This document shows positions 47,601 to 55,293 of a stretch of 55,293 nucleotides of DNA, in pieces. Source of the DNA: Vezdaea acicularis (lineage: Eukaryota). The DNA lies in NCBI GenBank assembly GCA_026025075.1, contig JAPEUI010000050.1:62001-117293 (forward strand), written 5' to 3'. Position numbers and translations under genes: made by a program. The notes beneath the pieces are model-generated. The model had not been told where the DNA came from. It ran no database searches and saw only the letters and a list, made by a program, of their open reading frames with translations. Positions within the stretch are counted from its first letter, which is position 1. Every line of letters begins with the position of its first letter.

Positions 47601-50012
47601 TCTTGTGGTATCGGAACCAAGTTCGCGAGACATTACGGTGATACTCTCTCTGAGTTCTTGACCGAATGTCTCCATGGAGATGGCCTTTGAGCCCAGCGAT
47701 GCGAACTCTCTTGAGCTGAACGACGTCGCAGTGGATCTGCCATCTGCGCCATCTAGAAGGGGCTCGCGAGACGTTACGTCGCTTGTCATCGATGAATCAC
47801 TTTGGCTAAGTAGGGAAGCGGAATCTAGACCCGTTCGAGAAGCAGGGGTTTGCACGGATAGGGATAACCCAGAAATTGAAGAGGCGGCCGATTGCAGTCC
47901 CTTGATGTGAATACCCTTTTCTAAAGAATCCGAGGCCGGCCGATGCTCGGGGAAAAGTGTGTTTACCAGAGTAACGATATCAGATGGACACAAAACAAGG
48001 AATGGCTGAACCTCCACCGTCTCACGTGGCGATGTGATCGCTTTCGCCGGAAGAAGTACGGGCCTTGAGCCATGCGATCGAGGATTCTTGAATCTCAAGA
48101 TGATTTTATCAATGTGCGCCCGAATCTCAGGAAGGACTGAAGCAGATTGCTTTCTATAGAGCCAAGGTTAATTACTTGAGGTGTGGAAGAGTCAAGATAA
48201 CTTACAAGTTCGAAGTGACGTCCAGTACGTGCTTCTGTGCCCTGATAGCTATCTGCTTCAAGATTTTTTGCCTCGCGAACTCTGTAATATGATGTCCGGT
48301 CATCATTCCTTGGGACTATATCTCATCAGCATCGGTCGATACACGAACTCAGATGGGACTTACTTCGGGGTGAATGATGGCATTTAAGAGGAAGTTTGAG
48401 AAAAACCATCGAGAAACGATGAAAGTTTGAGCAGCGCGTTGCTTCTTCGGCTCTTCAAGCTTCTTGAAGATCGCATGCCCAAGCTCCAAGACTCCTTCGG
48501 GGATACCTCCGGCACTAGGCTCATCATCGATAACTTCGAAGAGTCGCTTCACGGCCCGGTCATAGAACTCCACTGCGAGTATGTCGTCCTTACTGTTGCC
48601 AGAGCGAAACTCCACGGGGTTCCGACTGGAGGCAGTTGACTCCTCAGCGGTGTCAAGCAGGAACGCGCCATCCTGTAAGATCTTCATCAAGTAAAGTTCC
48701 AGGTTCGCTCTGCCTGGCCACTCACGCATCGCCGCCCAAGAATTCAGGACTGTGCCCACGAAAGCCTCGCCGCCGACTTTGGATTCAACGATGAGCCGGG
48801 CGCATGCAGTCGACCAGACCTCCGTCCTGCGAAGGTCTTCGGCAGAATCAGGGCCAGAGGAATTTGCAAAAACGTTGTAAAGAAGCGCAGAGAGGGGATC
48901 GTGACGTTGAAAGGACAAGAGCCGTTCGACTGGGGTTGGAATATGACTGGCTGTACGACTGGAGTTTGCCCCCAGTGTCTTCCCACGGGATTTCCCTGGG
49001 CCTCCCATCACCGTCTCAATGAGGCCTTCTGTCTGATGAAAGTCTGTAAGTGCGCCAAGTTCGGAGGTGGAAAGGCTCGCGATACGTCCGGCAACAAACT
49101 CCGGATTGGTCCTAATCTCCGTCAAGAAATGGAGAAAGGTATCGCGGACCTTCGAGGGTATATCTTGCATGAAGCCAACTGCGGACTTTCGGTCTACGGG
49201 AGAGACGGCAGACCTCCCGGAGATCAAGTTGGGCTCCAGCAATGCGTATTGGCGAGTGGCATCACATGAGTTCCGGACATCATGGATTGCATTGTAGAGG
49301 TTGGCAAAGCCTTTCTTGTCATCCGACCTGAAGCTTTCGGCCAATGCTGTCCGGCGTGCCAGCTCTCCGCAGCGTGCCAGACGCGCCGATAAACCGCTTG
49401 CGACTAGCCATCTATTAAGACGAACCCTCAATTGAGCCCGTCTCTGTTCGTTATAAGATTGTAGTCGAACGACGTGGGCAAGCTCTGCGAGTGTCGTCGA
49501 AGAGGCGGTTACGGCTGCGGAGGGAACGTATGAGTCTGTGTACTGCGATCTGTCGTGAAGCAGCCGCGGTATCTTGCCTACTGGCGCAGAGATGGAGGGC
49601 GCCATTGCCGGGCGCTGTTGCACGGATACTTGATCCTCATGATCCCTTCCATGGCCACCTACCATCTTAAATGGTTCTGCAGAGGGCGACCGCGGTCTCG
49701 GAGGACTGTGGGAGTGACGAGAAGATGCGGGCGTGGGCTCATCTTGAAGATCAAGATGGGATGGGGTCTGACTTCTAGAAGAAACCCGGGTGACGGTCGG
49801 CGAGAAGGCTTCATTCGTCGAATTCGTTAGCGGGATCAACTGATGCCACCTCATCATACAGTACTTGATGCAGAGGAAATGGAGCTGTTCCAATTGGGTA
49901 GCAGCAACGACGATGCTCTATGGGCTGCTCAACAAAAAGAATATCAGGTACACATACGAGGAGAATGATGGGCCGGCCCTGGCGGCGAAGAGGAGAGTTG
50001 CCCCGGCATCAT
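44649..50012 (-). CDS. Large (about 1700 aa) fungal hypothetical protein, possibly RasGAP-like/VPS9-like with a C-terminal Sel1-like segment, multi-exon
   Basis: The 514-aa and 1149-aa ORFs are joined by GT-AG introns. An upstream exon MMPGQLSS...HSP splices in frame via intron 49809-49957. The start and any 5' UTR exons are uncertain, and the domain names are inference. Confidence 0.8.
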
Positions 50013-51486
50013 CTCGCCATTTTCCAGCTTCTCGCTATATAATAGAGGGCATTTGAGCCTAGGCGCCCACCGGCCGGTTCGAATGTAGGGTTTCCCTCTA
50101 AACAAAGCAGAACCGATGTCAGTCTGGTTTTAAAACTCCATGCCCTGTCGGAAGAGCAATACATCAAGGAACCCAGGATTGGGCCAGTACTCACGAGTTC
50201 TCAAGGTCCACGATGCCCACCGGAGTCTCGTGAGAGGCTAAGGGCAACTGGATCAGCCCGGATGGCTCTGGCGAAGATCTGTCGAAGGTCTGAGGGCGAC
50301 GAAGTCGTGTGTACAAGCCAGATTGGATGGTGAGAGGTGAGAGAGAGATGGTTTGGTCGGTTCGAGAGGCGGCGTCGCAAAAGGGAAGAATGGGGGACGC
50401 ATTGGAGGGTCGACGGTGTAGATTCGTGGATCGATTTCGCAGATGCGTGCCAGCGCAGCACCGAGGAGTGGCGGGGATTGGGACGGAGCGGGCGAATCAG
50501 CGGCGGAAGTAGGGCGCGAGACAGAGCCCATCCCGTCTGTTTCGAGCGAGGTACAGACGCCGGGTCGTGCAACAGCAGCATTCCTTGAGACCCTACCTTT
50601 GACACTTTGCTGTTCCTTAGTGGTAGGGACACGGCCTCCTCACTAGTCTGTTGCGACCTAGATTCGAGCCTCCAGAGGGGGAGCTTTTCCTGTGTGCTCA
50701 TCCGGTGCTTTTCCTGTGGTTTTCTTGTTCTTCGTGGCCTCCAAATGGAACGACCTCGACAAGCTCGTATAACCAACCGATCGCGAGATTCCTCCACCAC
50801 GAGCGAATGAAGGCGCTGCCGCATCACAACAATATGCCGCCATAGGGATAGGCGTGTTTGGTCAATGGCGTGGATACAGCCAGAGCTTGTTCGCGGCCAC
50901 TGACGATGAACAGCCTACCAACGAATCCCGCACCTGCTGATGCCCTCACCGAACATGTTCTCCTGACTCTTTCGCGCGCGGTGATAGGCACGGCAACTAA
51001 CTTACAGAGAACATACAGCGCAACGACGCAATTGAGATCAGTCGAAGGGCCGAGTGATCGACAGTTCTGACGGCGATAGAGCAGGCACTTTTGCACGAAA
51101 TTCGCCAGGGCCCGCGGGCGATCAGACAGTCGTGTTCAATCTCGCTCCGAACGATAGCAAGGACTAACACGACGATGAGCTACACCGCGGTTTCCTCCGT
51201 GCGGATATATGTCCGGTTTGGAGTGGCGTCCTCTGGTACTCGCTGTTGCCGCAGTACCGCCTCTCATAGGGCCATGTTCATGTAGAGAGGAAGGGTAAGA
51301 CCCTTATAGCGAGCTATCGTCGCAGCAGCCCGTCAAACATTGCAGAAAGCCCCGTATTCGGCATACAGCCAAAGCGAAGGGTTGTGGGTGCTGCCCTTGC
51401 CCTTGCCCTTGATACGGCGTGCGGGCGGACGCATTCGATGGGCGACTGGCTCGACCGTCTGCTGCAGCCTTGGCCGGCGGGAGCGC

Positions 51487-51526
51487 GACGGCGACGGCGA
51501 TGGCGATGGTGATGGCGATGGCGACG
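51487..51526. repeat. Imperfect (GGCGAT/GGCGAC)n microsatellite
   Basis: gacggcgacggcgatggcgatggtgatggcgatggcgacg. Confidence 0.75.
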
Positions 51527-52357
51527 CGATGAGCTGTTCGTGCATATGCATCTTCGTCGCCTCTCGCACGGACTGCAACACCGTCCAACCCCCTCAGGCC
51601 ATTTGCTCCCATGTCCCTACAAGACGGCGTGCACCGCGGCCAGCTTGCCCTCGACCTCACCAATCCCGATTAAACTCTATCCGCTTCTCCCTTTTCCCGT
51701 TGGCTCGTATTGACTTGATTTTGCCTCAACGCGCGCCCCTTCGCACAAACGTTGTCGCTACCCAATCCTCTAGGCCGGGTCGTTGAGAAACTACCCCCTT
51801 TAGCCATCTTCTGTCCTCCTATTCTCTCCGACATGACCGGCCATACCTCGTACAGCATCACAATGTTCCAACCATTCTACGTCTGGTCTGAAACGTGTTG
51901 GTACCCCTATGGCCTTGGCTACTGAAATTATTAAGGGCTACGCGAAGCTGAGATATCTTTCCGTCTTCAAGAAAAAAACAATCGATCTCGTCCAAAGAAT
52001 GGCGATAAGATTTCAAGCCATGTCTGCTCAGTGGTAGCAAGCCGAGGAGCCGCAATTCCGAGGGCTTGGGCCTGCATGCCAGGTCATTCGGTCAAATTTG
52101 AAGGACTTCGAAGATCCAATTCGTTAGAAAATCGTAGTGATATTCATCACGACGACAAATGCCTCCAGATGGATGAGTGGCTGTTGTTCAGGCCACCTAG
52201 GAAACGATGGCCTCCAGGTCCCGCTCGAAGCAAACGGTCTACCTTCCGCACCATGGCCACGCTGATACCGTAGTGCTAAGAAATCCTATGAAGCTGCTCA
52301 GAGTCTTGGAAACCCAAGTACGCCTTCACACACGTTCGATCAACAACCAGGAGACTG

Positions 52358-52624
52358 ACGAAGCTGTGGACAAATTCGATGGCGCATAAGCGAATAATGG
52401 GCATGTCCACCCATCGGCATGCGTTACGTTCAGCAGTTTCGACATCGTTGGCAATCAACGATGATTATTCTTGATATTAGCTCAACAGTACTACGCCATT
52501 GCTCTTGCTAGATTCTTATACTACAGGTTATATCCGCAGCCTGCCAGGGTCGTTTTATGCGTGAAGCATTTACCTATGGGGGAGCCCCCGTTTAATGCGC
52601 CATCAATTTTGTCCCCAGTTTCGT
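52358..52624. mobile_element. MITE-like element, copy 1 (about 267 bp, imperfect terminal inverted repeats of about 36 bp)
   Basis: 52358-52392 matches the reverse complement of 52589-52624 at 30/36 positions. A second copy lies at about 54933-55186. No clear TSD. Confidence 0.55.
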
Positions 52625-53315
52625 GAGGGTCGTAGGGCAGTCCGCCTGTGGGATGGCCCGTGCCGACTGTAAAGTAATTGAAACTTAACCTGCCCGCAAC
52701 GCGCAATGCTAGCCGCGTGAGCTCTGTACCAAAGTCGAGTCCCGGCGAACCTTTCCTTGTCGTTGTTGATCCGATCCCTTAGGGATGTGCGGTACGATTT
52801 TGGGACTATGTTCCGAGCTTCTAGACTCCTCGCCCTTAGAGCCTCATTTTGATGCATGATGATAGCATCTCCATCTAAGCCAAGGCTTACGCATACTCCA
52901 AGTCCGTGATGAGGCGTCATTTAGCCTGATCCCGCGGTTTCTGTTGCCTGTTCAAGATCGGACGTTGGCACGTGCGCCTTGTTCCCGAGCTCGCGATAAT
53001 AGAGCGTCGGGAACGCTCCATCCTGCTGTGGAGCGTATCGGATCCTCTGAGCACACCGCTCACGAAGCATAAGATACATGATATCATGCAGGATCAAAAG
53101 GAAGAGAGGCTGTTCCCTGGAAGTTTGCCTACCTTGATCAAGGCGAACCCAAAATTGCCTTATATAGTGATATGAACCCTTCATCTTGCAATAAAATCTC
53201 CACAAGTTTCACTTGAGCAATTTTTCTTTTTCACGATCGTGAACACGCTTTACACTTCTTCAATTCAGCCTTGTTTCTAGAATAGTCTTTCGCGAATCAC
53301 AATCTACGTATCGGC

Positions 53316-54832
53316 ATGAAAGATTTCAACTCATCCGCGATGCCTCAAACTGACAGAGGAGAATTGGTCCCAGGACCATACGATGTCTTCATAGACCACA
53401 GCAGCGCCACACGGGTTGCTACTGAAGTAACGATCCTGCACGCTATCAGACAATCACACCCTAGACGCCATGTGTCTGTCACTGATGGCGGCTGTGATCT
53501 TATTGCGTACGCCTCTGCGGGAAAGGCGAAGGCGACCTTGCAAGCAGAGGGAGATAAGCTCTACAGCGAGCGTATTTTCCAAAGTCCTGGTCGTCGATCT
53601 GAACGTTCCTCTGGAACTCTAAAAGATAGAGTAATGTTTGGGGAATACGCTTATGAATGGGAAAAGAATGACTTCACAGTCTTTTATGCTCAATGGGTTT
53701 TACCATTCCGGGGCTCCTACACTCGATACTTCATCATCGAGAACCAGCAAGCCCCATGGCTTGCCCAGAACAAAGGCAGTGTTACGGATAAGCTCATCTC
53801 CGCTGCTACATTGTGGTGCAACGAGATCCATGATGAAATTTATGTCTATGACCAGAGCATGTGGACGAAGAGTAAGGATCTGTGGAAGAGTGTTCAGAAG
53901 TCAACCTGGGAGGACGTCATCCTGGACGAGCCAACAAAGCAGGTTCTAATGCATGACATCGAGGGGTTTTACGATCGCGAAGACGCATATGAAGAGTTTG
54001 GCGTGCCCTGGAAGGTATTATTGAATCTCCGCCATTCTCTGTGACAGATACCGTTTCACCTATTTCAACTAACGTGACCTAGAGAGGCGTCATCTTGCAT
54101 GGATCTCCGGGGAATGGAAAAACAATCTCGATCAAAGCGATAATGAACTCCTTATCGAAGAGGAAGGACCCGATCCCTACGCTATATGTCAAGTCCTTCA
54201 CAAACTGTCATGGCCCAGAGCATTCTATAGCCGCAATTTTTATGCATGCCCGTAATATGGCCCCGTGTTTGCTCGTCTTTGAGGACCTTGATAGCTTGGT
54301 GACCGAGAAGGTTAGAAGCTATTTCCTAAATCAGGTTGATGGGTTGGAAGCCAACAACGGGGTTTTGATGTTAGGGTTAGTCGACCACTTCCATGATTTC
54401 CCGCATTCTTACTGACCTGCACAAAGCTCTACGAACCACTTAGATAGGTTAGATCCAGCTATTGCGAAACGACCAAGTCGGTTCGACCGAAAGTACCATT
54501 TCAAGCTTCCAGCAGAAGCTGAAAGAACTGCCTACTGCGAATTCTGGAGAAAGAAGCTCACTAAGAATAGAAAAGTCCATTTTCCTGCGGAACTTTGCCC
54601 CGCAATTGCGAAGATAACTGAAGGCTTCAGTTTCGCCTATCTCAAAGAGTTGTTTATTACGGCTTTACTTATCATTGTTGGCGATGGAGAGGCTGGGAAT
54701 AATAGCGCCAAGTCTCACGAGCTTGCCGAGACGGAGAAAGATCCCTTGGACGCCTGTTCGCTGGGCCGAGTGATGAAAAAAGAGGCTCAAACTCTTAAGG
54801 ATGAGATGAATAGTATCAAAACTGCGTCTTAA
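53316..54832 (+). CDS. Single-domain AAA+ ATPase (fungal accessory type), 3 exons
   Basis: Walker A GSPGNGKT, Walker B LVFED and SRH STNHLDRLDPAIAKRPSRFD. Two GT-AG introns keep the frame. Confidence 0.9.
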
Positions 54833-54932
54833 GTGGCCAGGAGAGCGTAGGGGGCGCTCTAAATGAGGAATTGACTAACGGAAAATCTCAAGAAAGGCAA
54901 TTCCATCACACAGAGTTGAGCTAGGATAAAGT

Positions 54933-55186
54933 CGAAGCGGGGGACAAAGTTGATGGCGTATAAGCGAATAGTAGGCCTCTTCATCCATCGACATGCGTTA
55001 CTTTCAGCAGTTCCGATACCGCTGGCAATCAGTGGTGAACATTCTTAGTATTAGCTCAACAGTACTACGCCATTACTCGTTAGATTCATATATTACAGGT
55101 TATATCCGCGGCCAGCCAGGGTCGTTTTATGTGTGAAGCATTTAGCTATGGGGGAACCCCCGTTTAATGCGCCATCAATTTTGTCC
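54933..55186. mobile_element. MITE-like element, copy 2 (direct orientation to copy 1; right end merges into the tandem array)
   Basis: Collinear with 52359-52614 at roughly 80-90% identity by eye, mostly transitions. Left TIR reads CGAAGCGGGGGACAAAGTTGATGGCGTATAAGCG. Confidence 0.55.
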
Positions 55187-55293
55187 AGGACCGTTGTGTA
55201 CCTTCGAGTGTGAAGCATCTAGCCATGGGGGAACCCCCGTTTCATGCGCCATCAATTTTGTCCAGGACCGTTGTGTACCTTCGAGTGTGAAGC
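55131..55293. repeat. 77-bp tandem repeat array, running off the window end
   Basis: Units 55131-55207 and 55208-55284 differ at 3 positions, and a third unit starts at 55285. Each unit contains a GGGGG-AA-CCCCC palindrome. Confidence 0.95.

Noticed and set aside
49809..49957. Intronic snoRNA in a 149-nt intron
   Set aside because: An ATGATGA and small hairpins are present, but there is no properly placed D box or H/ACA boxes.
50201..51861. ORFs of 90-208 aa upstream of the large gene
   Set aside because: They have low-complexity or Arg-rich composition, overlap in several frames and carry no motifs. This is more likely promoter/5' UTR sequence.
52207..52389. Remnant C-terminus of a paralogous AAA ATPase
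   Set aside because: The resemblance (LLRVLETQVR) is too short and weak, and no Walker motifs are found upstream.
55131..55293. CRISPR-like array (palindromic repeat plus spacer)
   Set aside because: The 'spacers' are identical, the context is eukaryotic and there are no cas genes. It is a plain tandem repeat.

Overview
Gene-dense, intron-containing chromosomal segment from a filamentous ascomycete (Pezizomycotina-type genes, GT-AG introns, CTRAY branch sites). It carries about 22 protein-coding genes. Most are housekeeping: Byr4, complex I 78 kDa subunit, SelO/Fmp40, ERG7, SGT1, TAD3, a NUDIX hydrolase, VTC2/3, glucosylceramide synthase, RTT109, MRPL15 and GLC8. Several look accessory: an FAD monooxygenase, a LaeA-like methyltransferase, a single-barrel MetE-like enzyme and an AAA ATPase. 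The most striking observation is the 601-nt last intron of ERG7. It hosts an intact 5S rRNA gene (TATA at about -28, oligo-T terminator), a degenerate inverted copy of that 5S sequence whose changes mostly preserve G-U pairing, and further nested complementary segments that could fold the intron into a long hairpin. At the right end, two copies of a ~250-270 bp element with terminal inverted repeats flank the AAA ATPase gene, and the second copy runs into a 77-bp tandem array. Exon boundaries and alignments were worked out by eye; no database searches were run.
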